64,000 bases of DNA, from the IMG/VR virus record IMGVR_UViG_3300007177_000042. One strand, given 5' to 3'. Positions 9,317-17,614 of the stretch are shown piece by piece; the stretch's first letter is position 1, and each line of letters starts with the position of its first letter. Source of the stretch: a virus. Lineage: Duplodnaviria; Caudoviricetes. The position numbers and the translations under genes are program-made. The notes under the pieces were generated by a model. The model searched no databases, had not been told where the DNA came from, and saw only the letters and a program-made list of their open reading frames with translations.

Positions 9317-9553
9317 ATGGCATACGATCCGGATCTTAGAAACTGTCAAAACATTCTTGAATCCAAGAGAACTTTTGTTGCCGATGACAGACAACATGCA
9401 TATGAATCTGTTGTCAATGCCCTTAGCAAGGCAGGCTTTGGTGTGACCATGGTGGGTGATGTTCTCACTGTTCGTAACAAAGGATTTGATGCTACGTTTA
9501 TTCTTCACGAAGTAAGGCTTGACAGAGACCGCGTCGAACCTGATGGAAAATAA
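9317..9553 (+). CDS. Hypothetical protein
   Basis: Promoter and ORF. Confidence 0.65.
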   Translation: MAYDPDLRNCQNILESKRTFVADDRQHAYESVVNALSKAGFGVTMVGDVLTVRNKGFDATFILHEVRLDRDRVEPDGK

Positions 9554-9815
9554 AAGCGTGTATATGTCAAATACGAACTGGACAGATACACCGCCAAATA
9601 CGCCGGGGTGGTATTGGGTAAGACGCAAGAAAGAATGTAGTGTGGAGTATTTTCCATACTATGGTCAATACCCCGAACACTGGTCTGTCATTCGTCAGAA
9701 TACTTTGGACATGCTGATTGAAAGCGGTAACCAACAGCTAACAGATGAATTTGCCAATCTTGACCAGAAGACGTTCGTCGTAGAATACAACGGTCCAATC
9801 TTTCCACCAAACTAG
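9519..9815 (+). CDS. Hypothetical protein (WTDTPPNTPGWYW motif); true start likely downstream
   Basis: ORF track. Confidence 0.6.
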   Translation: MTETASNLMENKSVYMSNTNWTDTPPNTPGWYWVRRKKECSVEYFPYYGQYPEHWSVIRQNTLDMLIESGNQQLTDEFANLDQKTFVVEYNGPIFPPN

Positions 9816-9852
9816 TTGACTTTCAGTAAACCACTGATAGGATATTCGCACA

Positions 9853-10011
9853 ATGAAAATCTTGGTGTATTATCCTGCTACGCAAAAAACCCAAATCATT
9901 GAATGTGAAAGAATTGAGGCGGGTCCCGGCGGAATCATGTGGGTCAATCGCCGTGATTGTGGATTTGTTGGATTTTGCGAGGACTATACAATTACCATAG
10001 TCGATCATTGA
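9853..10011 (+). CDS. Small hypothetical protein (52 aa)
   Basis: Promoter geometry. Confidence 0.55.
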   Translation: MKILVYYPATQKTQIIECERIEAGPGGIMWVNRRDCGFVGFCEDYTITIVDH

Positions 10012-10019
10012 CTTTCAAT

Positions 10020-10135
10020 TGACTGGTGGCGAAACGGCAAACGCACGGAGGCATCCGATTCTCCAATGTTGTATGTCGGCAGACAGAAGCATTGGCATTG
10101 CACGAATGAAGGTTCAAATCCTTCCCAGTCAACCA
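10020..10135 (+). ncRNA. tRNA-scaffolded RNA (acceptor, D-arm, T-arm and CCA intact; anticodon region replaced)
   Basis: TGACTGG/CCAGTCA-A-CCA; D arm GCG-AAACGGCAAA-CGC; T arm GAAGG-TTCAAAT-CCTTC; 116 nt. Confidence 0.7.
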
Positions 10136-10180
10136 TTTTCCGTTTGACATTTTCTAAAACCCTGATAACCTATTGTTGTT

Positions 10181-10528
10181 ATGAAAATCACATACTCAAT
10201 CGCAGAAGCACTCACCATCCTCACCGAACGTGCCAAGGCACTCAACCACATTCAAGATTTGTCGGTTGAAGTAACATACCCACAAAACCCCATTGGTGCA
10301 CAAGACACCAATACCACCGATCAACATCCTTTGGAAGCTTACGCCGTAGTCGTCCGGGAATATGGCGGTTCTAGGCACAATACGAACAAGATTCCAGCCA
10401 TCAAGGCGATTCGAGACCGAGTCCGGGGTTTGGGACTCGCTGACGCAAAGTGTGTCATTGAATCCGACCCCGCGTTGGTGCTCATTCACTTTTCTCGCTG
10501 CAATACGTTGAGCGGAATTTCCGAGTGA
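10181..10528 (+). CDS. Protein with a ribosomal protein L7/L12 C-terminal-like domain
   Basis: NKIPAIKAIRDRVRGLGLADAKCVIES compared with bL12 KKIxVIKxVRxxTGLGLKEAKxLVE. Confidence 0.7.
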   Translation: MKITYSIAEALTILTERAKALNHIQDLSVEVTYPQNPIGAQDTNTTDQHPLEAYAVVVREYGGSRHNTNKIPAIKAIRDRVRGLGLADAKCVIESDPALVLIHFSRCNTLSGISE

Positions 10529-10675
10529 CCAGCCGATAATCAATTCACAAGGTTGTGGGTCATCCTTTCAACAAAACCCCACCCATATATACAGGGCATC
10601 TGCGCTGCCCACCAGCCGCTTTTGTCGCCGGATGCCACTTGACTTTCTCTAAAACCGATATACACTGTACCCACA

Positions 10676-10933
10676 ATGAATCCTACGAACTACACGGTCG
10701 GTCAACGCATCATCCTCACCAAAGACAACTGGTTGACCATTCGCAACAGCAATCGCAGTATTCACGCATATCCAGACGATAACTACGTTAACATCGTTTA
10801 TCAATTGATGACCAACAACGTCGCAGGCACCGTCACCAAGCGATTTACGCCCGGTTATGAGTTCAACGTTACCTTTGACAATGGTCAAGTGCTGCAAATG
10901 AAAGATCACTGGGTCACTCCCATTTCCAAGTAA
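10676..10933 (+). CDS. Hypothetical protein (SH3-like beta fold?)
   Basis: Promoter geometry. Confidence 0.65.
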   Translation: MNPTNYTVGQRIILTKDNWLTIRNSNRSIHAYPDDNYVNIVYQLMTNNVAGTVTKRFTPGYEFNVTFDNGQVLQMKDHWVTPISK

Positions 10934-10988
10934 TTCAGTTCAAAAATCCGGTTGACTTTCTCTAAAACTTCGGTAACCTAGTCTCCTA

Positions 10989-11204
10989 ATGAATAACGAA
11001 CTGATCGCTAAGGCCCTCAAGAAGTTCCCCAAGGCCAAAAAGATCGCAGTCGAAAACTTCACCATGGGCTACAACGAACTGTCTATGGAAGCTTCCATGA
11101 ACCTCGAAATGGATGCCTCACTCTACAAGTGGAACGCACACACCACCAACGCCATTCGTTACGTGCTACAACACAAACACGCATTCAAAACCATGGCAGA
11201 CTAA
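10989..11204 (+). CDS. Hypothetical protein
   Basis: Promoter and ORF. Confidence 0.7.
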   Translation: MNNELIAKALKKFPKAKKIAVENFTMGYNELSMEASMNLEMDASLYKWNAHTTNAIRYVLQHKHAFKTMAD

Positions 11205-11402
11205 CACACAATCGGTTGTGGGTGATCCGTCAAAACCCTCAACAACACCACTACAAATAGTAGTGTCGCGACAATAAGAACTGCTATTCAATCAAAAACA
11301 CCTCGCTACGTCAACCACATAATGGTTTTCCGCGCCTGGTGTTGCTGCTTTTTATAGAAAGTTCTTGTGTTTGCCACTCTGCCGGTATAGAGTATTGCCA
11401 CG

Positions 11403-11720
11403 ATGAACGACACCGTGACACCCTTTGTTCCCACCCGCTTTGTTCCCACCCGTGACGATCTGATCGGCTACATCTCCGATATCTACAAGGAAATCAATGG
11501 GTTTCGTCCTCGCCCCGACTGGTCCATGCTCACTTACGAGGAGCTTGACAAGTGGGGTCGTGAGTTGTCCGCCGAAGCCATCCTCCACCGTAAGCAACAG
11601 GTGCAATGGGCCCGCCTGGCCCGCAAACTACGTCGTGCTCGTCAACGGGCTTGGGTGCAAAAGAAACGCACCTACTTCACACCCGTCACCTTCACACTGG
11701 GCATGCTAATGCCCACCTAA
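11403..11720 (+). CDS. Conserved phage hypothetical protein
   Basis: YISDIYKEINGFRPR motif; basic C-terminus. Confidence 0.65.
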   Translation: MNDTVTPFVPTRFVPTRDDLIGYISDIYKEINGFRPRPDWSMLTYEELDKWGRELSAEAILHRKQQVQWARLARKLRRARQRAWVQKKRTYFTPVTFTLGMLMPT

Positions 11721-11822
11721 ACCACCGGGAGCTGTCAAGCTCCCTTTTTCACTATTGCCATGGTTTTCCGCGGCTGGTTGATGCATAAAAAGACCCGGAT
11801 TTTACTCCGGGTTGTCAATCTT

Positions 11823-12341
11823 TTACTTGGCAAAGTTCAACTTCCTGAACTTGATGGCACGAATCGAATCCATCTTGAGAGTGATAACCGGCTGCTTGAA
11901 GTCACCCCAATCCTTCTCAGGAATAAAGGCCTTCATCTTGGTAACTTCCTCCTCAGTCAGCTCCCGACCATTCAGAACATACTTGGTTCCCTTGGTCCGA
12001 TGAGGAAAGAACTGAAGGTATTTCTGGTCCGGGTTCTTCTTGGAAAAACACAGCGGAGTGACCTTGCCATCGTTGGTGGTCTCATGCAGATACCACGTCT
12101 CGCCACCCTCGTAGTTCGCCTCAACACCAGCCTCCTTCATCCGACGATTCACTCGAGCCTCATGGTTCACATTCACCAAACCATTGCGCCGGGTAACCTT
12201 CACAGCACCCACAAAAGGATTGCCAGTCTTGCGCATCTTCACTTCGGTCTCAGTCTCGAGCGTCACAAACTGACACTCAGTGCCGAGAATACGGAGGAAG
12301 GTAACCAATTCGCTGTTGTCTTTGATAGTGATCGTCTTCAC
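11823..12341 (-). CDS. Conserved phage hypothetical protein
   Basis: GTG start at 12341 preceded on the minus strand by TTGAAA-N16-TAGTCT. Confidence 0.7.
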   Translation of the reverse strand: MKTITIKDNSELVTFLRILGTECQFVTLETETEVKMRKTGNPFVGAVKVTRRNGLVNVNHEARVNRRMKEAGVEANYEGGETWYLHETTNDGKVTPLCFSKKNPDQKYLQFFPHRTKGTKYVLNGRELTEEEVTKMKAFIPEKDWGDFKQPVITLKMDSIRAIKFRKLNFAK

Positions 12342-12556
12342 GGGTAAAAGACTACCAGATGATGTCCATCTTTCAACAAATAAAAGCCGCCGGGTGCCAC
12401 ATAAATGCCTTGACATATACCACCACCCACCAATCCCCATACACATCCATATCACCTTGTCAATACCTTTCTTCAGTTTCCGCGTATGCTCAAACATACA
12501 CTTTGTTCAAAATATGCCTTGTATATACGCCAACACCTGATACTCTGTTCTCCGAC

Positions 12557-12733
12557 ATGAATAAGAACATCGTCCGCTACAACGTCACCAAAAACCTCCA
12601 AACTCCCATGAACCTCCGCATCAGCCTCGACACTCGCCTTCGCCGCTCTCATGTCACCCGTGTCGCCCGTGACTACGCACATCTTCGTGAATCCATGGGT
12701 GACCTCACTGTCAAGAACTGGGACAACCTCTAA
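12557..12733 (+). CDS. Small basic protein
   Basis: ATG 12557 after a promoter-like TGATACTCT; 3' part of the track ORF. Confidence 0.5.
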   Translation: MNKNIVRYNVTKNLQTPMNLRISLDTRLRRSHVTRVARDYAHLRESMGDLTVKNWDNL

Positions 12734-12779
12734 CATCACAATCGGTTCGGGGTCATCCATAAACCCCACCACTTGTCAA

Positions 12780-13140
12780 CTACATTGTGGTTCACCATAG
12801 CCATATACACCCCACTCCACCCCACCCAAAACACTACCTTTTTGACCAGCATGCCTGGTACCCACCCCTACCCAAAATAACCCAAAAAACAAGGGGCAGG
12901 GTGGTATCCACCCCCCACCCTGCGCTACTTCTGAACAGGGGGTAGCGCTACCCCTCCCACCCGCGCAGAGTTGCGCAACACACAAGCAAAAAAATATCAT
13001 GGGAAAAACCGTATATATGGTTAACATAATGGTGTGTTTTTGTGGCATAGATTTTTGATAAGAGGGTGAAAAAGTGATGCGCACGCGGTGGGTGCAGAAA
13101 AAGTTTGGGGAGTTTTGTATATATGGTTATAGTTATGATA
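12780..13140. other. Candidate replication origin or genome-end junction
   Basis: Non-coding; + strand switches from C-rich to G-rich; hairpins at 12896-12923, 12937-12955, 12963-12976; direct repeat GTATATATGGTTA at about 13012 and 13116. Confidence 0.4.
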
Positions 13141-13147
13141 AAAAGAT

Positions 13148-14059
13148 ATGAGTGAAACAGTTGCATTGGTTAGTGTATCTGACGACAGATATGGGCGAAA
13201 AGGAGGAGCGTATGGTATTACACAGAACAAGGTGCGTCGTATAATTGAAAACAATGATCAATTTGGCATAGGCAGGCTGATGTTTTGGAATTGGAGAGAT
13301 ATAGAGAGCAGTGATTTGTATAGTGGCAATAGGGTATTATTGAGCAATGCGGATCCTGCGGTGAATGGTCGGTGTTACAAGCCGTATGTTATAATGAGGG
13401 CGTTGAGAGAGATGAATGATGGGGATTATGTTATATACAATGATGTATCGCCGGAGTGGTGGGAGGTTGGCGAGGATTTTGAGATAACGGATGGTTATCA
13501 GTTGGATGTTATCAAGCGGTTGTGTAGCAGCAATGGTGATATATTGAGTTGTAGGGTGAGTTGGCAGGCACCTGATGGGGTATTTGCGAATCATACGCAT
13601 GAGAATTTTACGAGTGAGAGGTGTATGAGGTATATGGAAATGGAGAGGTATCGGCATTGTTTGCAGCATGCTTCTGGAATGATGGTATTTAGAAAGAGTG
13701 TGCGTAGTATTGAGTATGTGGATAGGTGGATGAAGTATAATTTGGTGGATGAGTGTTGTGGGTTAAAGAATATAGATACTGGTGAGGATTATTGGGGAGA
13801 AGAGGCGAGTGTGCATGGCAAGATAGGGCATCGGCATGATCAGTCTATATCTGGGTTATTGGTGAATGATATTGGCAACCGGCTATTGAATATACCTGAT
13901 TATTGGAATCCTTATCCTACCAAGACCTATAATTTTTTGAGTTTTTGTATGACCGGGCACAAATATGAGTTTGTTGATTCTGTTATAGAGCCTAGCGGGG
14001 TGTACTATAAGAATGTATATATGAATGACCGTTGGAGTATTTTGAAAATGAGTCGGTGA
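13148..14059 (+). CDS. Putative glycosyltransferase-like protein
   Basis: YKPYVIMRAL...DGDYVIYND...GHRHDQS motifs of phage GT-A-like proteins. Confidence 0.6.
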   Translation: MSETVALVSVSDDRYGRKGGAYGITQNKVRRIIENNDQFGIGRLMFWNWRDIESSDLYSGNRVLLSNADPAVNGRCYKPYVIMRALREMNDGDYVIYNDVSPEWWEVGEDFEITDGYQLDVIKRLCSSNGDILSCRVSWQAPDGVFANHTHENFTSERCMRYMEMERYRHCLQHASGMMVFRKSVRSIEYVDRWMKYNLVDECCGLKNIDTGEDYWGEEASVHGKIGHRHDQSISGLLVNDIGNRLLNIPDYWNPYPTKTYNFLSFCMTGHKYEFVDSVIEPSGVYYKNVYMNDRWSILKMSR

Positions 14060-14095
14060 TATACGAGTTGTCGGTATATTTATTGTAACGTATAT

Positions 14096-14656
14096 ATGAT
14101 ATTATTGAAGCAACTGTTGAGCAGCATATTGAGTGAGGCAATGACATACAGTCAGTTATTGTCACAAACTGATGGTGTGCGTAGAAACAAGGGTGGGCGA
14201 ATGAGAGTTCGTAGTTTGGCAGGCAGTGCTAATGAGGATAGTGAGCAGTGGAATTTTGGGTATAAGAGTGCTAGTGATCATAACACTACGAATGGATCAC
14301 ATGAGGGTCGAATATCATTTGATAAGGATGCGTACAATCGTAACAAGGGCAAGCGTAGTATGAACGAGGTAGAGTGTAAGGTAGATTGTAGTTGTCCTGA
14401 CTATATGTATCGATGGGCGTATGCCAATTATTATAGAGATGCGGGCAGTTTGGGCAAAGACAGTTTGAATAGGTGTAATGGCAGTGTACCTGGCAAGACC
14501 AATCCTCGATTGAAGCCAAGTTTATGTAAACATTTGGTTGCGTTGAGTGGATATTTGAAGACCAAATTGGATGAAAGTGTTTATGATGATATGGGTGAGA
14601 AGTTGAGTGATGTTGTTAGCAAGAACAAACAATTTGAAATAAAGTATGAAGAATAA
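14096..14656 (+). CDS. SWIM zinc-finger protein
   Basis: VDCSCPD...LCKHLVAL (CxC...CxH). Confidence 0.75.
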   Translation: MILLKQLLSSILSEAMTYSQLLSQTDGVRRNKGGRMRVRSLAGSANEDSEQWNFGYKSASDHNTTNGSHEGRISFDKDAYNRNKGKRSMNEVECKVDCSCPDYMYRWAYANYYRDAGSLGKDSLNRCNGSVPGKTNPRLKPSLCKHLVALSGYLKTKLDESVYDDMGEKLSDVVSKNKQFEIKYEE

Positions 14657-15134
14657 GATAGACACGATGTTGTGTGAGGGTGACGTTGACAAAAACCGAA
14701 TCAAGGTTGCGTTGGCGTTTTTCATCAAACTTTTGAAATTGACGAGTGCGTCTAATCGAATCAGTTTGAAGTATGGATATTTGGATGTTGATCCTGAGAG
14801 TCAACTACCTACACAGGCTAGTGTTAAGGTGAGTGAGAGCAAGCCACACAAGTATACTATTACGATGCGTAGCAACAATCCTATGAGTGTTGACGAGCAG
14901 ATACGTCATTTGGCGCATGAGGTAAAGCATATTGAACAAGTTGAGAGTGGGCGATTTGATGTATATGGCAACAAGTGGGATGGAGTTACATATCCTACTG
15001 GGTATACGAGATCTGATTATATGAAGTATCCGTGGGAGCAAGATGCTCGTAGTGGTGCTGCTGAGATGTCGTTGGAGTTTACAAGATATATGCGTGACAG
15101 AGGCAGCAAAAAGAAGATTGTGAAGATACGTTGA
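14646..15134 (+). CDS. Zincin-like metallopeptidase
   Basis: LAHEVKHIEQ (HExxH) and PWEQDA downstream Glu motif. Confidence 0.75.
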   Translation: MKNKIDTMLCEGDVDKNRIKVALAFFIKLLKLTSASNRISLKYGYLDVDPESQLPTQASVKVSESKPHKYTITMRSNNPMSVDEQIRHLAHEVKHIEQVESGRFDVYGNKWDGVTYPTGYTRSDYMKYPWEQDARSGAAEMSLEFTRYMRDRGSKKKIVKIR

Positions 15135-15193
15135 AATATAAAAAGTTGCACACAAAACTTGACAAGTAAATTTTTGTGTGGTAGATTATTATA

Positions 15194-15415
15194 ATGATTG
15201 ATCAAATAGAAAATGTTTTGAAATCACATTATGGAGTTACTGAGTGTGTTGTTAATGAACGAAGTGACAATTGTACTGTTGAGGTATATTGTTTAGGAGG
15301 CGATGTTGATTACATCAAGCTTGCTTTGGTGCAGTTGTGTGAAGTTGATGATAGCGACGTAACGATTGAAGGTGGTAGTGACGACCGTCAACTTTTTGTG
15401 ATAAGTTTGAACTAA
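15194..15415 (+). CDS. Hypothetical protein
   Basis: TTGACA promoter upstream. Confidence 0.6.
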   Translation: MIDQIENVLKSHYGVTECVVNERSDNCTVEVYCLGGDVDYIKLALVQLCEVDDSDVTIEGGSDDRQLFVISLN

Positions 15416-15681
15416 CGATCTCCGTAGAGATTTAGTTTTTTTGGAGGTTCTGGTTTTATTTCTTGTTCGATTTGTTTGATTGCGTAGAGTTTGCTTTCCA
15501 GAGGAGCGAGTCGATATTCGCCTTTGAATTGGCATACATTGAAATATGCTTCTAATGTTTCGGTGATACTTGCGTATATTACTTTACGTGGGTCGTTAAC
15601 AAGAATCCATCTATCACCGGGTGGGACTCTGGTGGCGATTAGTTCGTTGTGTTCTGTGATTTTTGTGGTGGGTTCGTTCAT
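15412..15681 (-). CDS. Hypothetical protein
   Basis: ORF track; co-oriented with the upstream minus-strand gene. Confidence 0.65.
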   Translation of the reverse strand: MNEPTTKITEHNELIATRVPPGDRWILVNDPRKVIYASITETLEAYFNVCQFKGEYRLAPLESKLYAIKQIEQEIKPEPPKKLNLYGDR

Positions 15682-15689
15682 AGTATATG

Positions 15690-16532
15690 TTAATAGTCTT
15701 TGAGCAAGGCGAAGCAGTCTACTGATTGTGGGTTAAAGTCTGTTAAGTTATTGATTGCGTTGCCGAATGTAGTGAATTCGCCGAAGGTATCATCTATCAA
15801 AAGTATTTTTTTGTTTTCTACGTATGTTTTGACGATTTCTTGAGTTTCTGGATCTGTGAATTTGAGAAACTTGAAATAGCGACGATAGCTGGCTGGAATT
15901 TTTTTGATACTGAAAGGTTTGTCTGGATGAGATCGTTGTATTGCAGCTAGCAATTTTTTTAAAGCGTCTTTTGTTTTTTCGCTTTTTTCTCGATCAATCA
16001 TATCTTGGTTGATGGTTACGTCTTTTCTCAATTGTTTTACAAATGCGTCGTTTGATATGAACACGTCACGTTTTGCGTATTTTTTGAATTCGTTTACCAA
16101 AACGGTGTTGAGTGTTGCTGAAGTTGGCATCGAGATGATGGCATCGTATTGATCTATTGGAAATTTGTTGTTGAATGTTTTGACTGTGTGTTCTACGAGG
16201 AAGTCTATAATAATGCGTGATGATTGGTCTGAGTTTGGATTTTTCAACGCGGTTCTTACTGCGTCTCTGGATCTGTTTGCTATGACACGTTGTTCTTTTT
16301 GGCTATCAGCGTATTGTGAAAAAATCAAATCGATTTTGGATTGTTGCAATTGAAAGCCATAAAACACATGTACTGGTATGTTGTTTCTTGGATTTTTGCT
16401 AATGACTTTCATTGTGGTATTGCCAAACAGAGGGTGTATGACATCATATGGTCTTTCGTTGTTAACGTCCAAGTCCATTTGTTTGGTTTTTGGGTTTATG
16501 CCGATACCCTCTGTTGTGCCAATTTGATTCAT
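15690..16532 (-). CDS. Phosphoribosyltransferase-fold protein
   Basis: KKILLIDDTFGEFTTF PRPP-loop-like motif. Confidence 0.6.
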   Translation of the reverse strand: MNQIGTTEGIGINPKTKQMDLDVNNERPYDVIHPLFGNTTMKVISKNPRNNIPVHVFYGFQLQQSKIDLIFSQYADSQKEQRVIANRSRDAVRTALKNPNSDQSSRIIIDFLVEHTVKTFNNKFPIDQYDAIISMPTSATLNTVLVNEFKKYAKRDVFISNDAFVKQLRKDVTINQDMIDREKSEKTKDALKKLLAAIQRSHPDKPFSIKKIPASYRRYFKFLKFTDPETQEIVKTYVENKKILLIDDTFGEFTTFGNAINNLTDFNPQSVDCFALLKDY

Positions 16533-16702
16533 ATGATGATAAATATCAAAAAAAATTTGAGTTTTTCACAATTGTTAAATACTTATTGGTGTAAATGATT
16601 AGATATACACACATTAAACGCTGGGATACCTTTACAAATTGTGAAGGGCGTTGGCGGCTGGTGTTGTGAAGTCTTGTATAGAAAATCTCAAACAACATCG
16701 AC

Positions 16703-16740
16703 CGTCACCCAGAAATGAGTGACGGTTTTTTGTTTTTTGG
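16703..16740 (+). terminator. Intrinsic terminator
   Basis: ACCGTCAC...GTGACGGT followed by a T tract. Confidence 0.75.
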
Positions 16741-16876
16741 CATTGACGAAACGAGATGGTGGTGATAGTGTAAGTGGACAGTAGACAACGAGTTTGAAAA
16801 CTCGATCTACGAAAGATTTAAAAAGCAGTTGACGAAACGAAAGTTTCTGATATACTGAGTGAAGATTAAAGACGGT

Positions 16877-16997
16877 TTGAAACTCCATCTGTTGAACCGC
16901 CGCCAGTGAGTCGATGAAAATCGACGATAGGTAAAGTCTGGAAAAATCAATTGATTGGTCCTTGGGTGTTATCCTCGTAGAGAACCCGTAGGGCGAT
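16877..16997 (+). ncRNA. Operon-leader RNA motif, copy A (paralog at 35062)
   Basis: Blocks TTGAAACTCYATCTG, TTGATYGGTC and GGTGTTATCCTMGTAGAGAACC-nGTAnGGCGAT are shared with 35062-35148. Confidence 0.65.
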
Positions 16998-17047
16998 GAC
17001 GGCATAACCGAGGTTATTGCTGTGAACATTGAAAAATAAATGTAAGT

Positions 17048-17137
17048 GCCAACATGACCCGAATGGCTAAGGGCCCTGTTTTGTAAACAGGTATGAGGTA
17101 AAACTCTTTGTCGGTTCAAGTCCGACTGTTGGCTCCA
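17048..17137 (+). tRNA. tRNA-Thr(UGU) with long variable arm
   Basis: GCCAACA/TGTTGGC-T-CCA; loop TTTGTAA; V arm GAGGTAAAACTC. Confidence 0.85.
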
Positions 17138-17146
17138 ATTTATAAT

Positions 17147-17225
17147 GGTGTATGTAGCATAATTGGTTTAATGCCCCAGATTGTGAGTCTGGCAGATGCG
17201 GGTTCAAATCCCGTCGTACACCCCA
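17147..17225 (+). tRNA. tRNA-His(GUG)
   Basis: G-1:C73, loop TTGTGAG. Confidence 0.95.
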
Positions 17226-17286
17226 AATTTCGAGAGTAACGGTTGATGACCGAAGTTGATGCGATCCATCAGAACTCTCACATTAT

Positions 17287-17362
17287 GGTCCCATCGTCTA
17301 ATAGGAAAGGATTCTAGATTCTCAATCTGGAGAACTCGGTTCGACTCCGAGTGGGACTGCCA
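17287..17362 (+). tRNA. tRNA-Glu(CUC)
   Basis: Loop TTCTCAA, CCA. Confidence 0.95.
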
Positions 17363-17371
17363 ATTTACAAT

Positions 17372-17444
17372 CACCTTATCGTCTAACATAGGACGCCCAG
17401 TGCTCGAGTGGGAAATTTTGGTTTGATACCAAGTAAGGTGGCCA
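17372..17444 (+). tRNA. Atypical tRNA-Glu(CUC)-like
   Basis: CACCTTA/TAAGGTG-G-CCA; loop TGCTCGA lacks U33; T loop TTTGATA. Confidence 0.55.
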
Positions 17445-17453
17445 ATTTACAAT

Positions 17454-17528
17454 GGTCTATTCGACTACCAGCTAGGTCGCTAGTTTTTCAAACTGGAGAA
17501 GTGGGGGCGGCACCCACATAGACTACCA
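17454..17528 (+). tRNA. tRNA-Glu(UUC)
   Basis: Loop TTTTCAA; T loop GGCGGCA. Confidence 0.9.
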
Positions 17529-17538
17529 ATTTACATAT

Positions 17539-17614
17539 ATCCGCCCATGTACCAAGGCTGGCGACAGAGACTCCAAATCTCAGTGGGTAGGTTCGATTCC
17601 TACGGTGGATGCCA
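17539..17614 (+). tRNA. tRNA-Trp(CCA)
   Basis: Loop CTCCAAA; 3' half overlapped antisense by the HNH gene. Confidence 0.85.

Larger units (their letters stand above)
639..10990 (+). promoter_or_regulatory. Array of about 30 sigma70-like early promoters, typically TTGACw-N16-TAnnnT-N9-ATG
   Basis: Counted examples (-35/-10/ATG): 1681/1703/1718, 5672/5694/5709, 6399/6421/6436, 7322/7344/7359, 7544/7566/7581, 7736/7758/7773, 8913/8935/8950, 10639/10661/10676. The spacer often starts TTCTCTAAA and ends TGA. Confidence 0.9.
2252..12767 (+). repeat. Dispersed intergenic repeat AGG-TTT-GCGGT-GAT-CCT-N-AAACCGC (H-type pseudoknot potential), 8 copies
   Basis: Copies at 2252, 3688, 6077, 6834, 8270; variants at 10549, 11213, 12743; four directly abut a TTGACT -35 box. 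Confidence 0.85.

Noticed and set aside
10-12347. Long shadow ORFs in the early region (e.g. 3227-3820 -, 5475-5918 -, 6427-6879 -, 11760-12347 +)
   Set aside because: Antisense shadows of promoter-supported genes on the opposite strand.
2252-12767. preQ1-I riboswitch assignment for the early pseudoknot repeat
   Set aside because: The topology is similar and one copy has GGTTCG...CATCC, but the ligand-binding C is absent in most copies and the elements lie upstream of promoters rather than in 5' UTRs.
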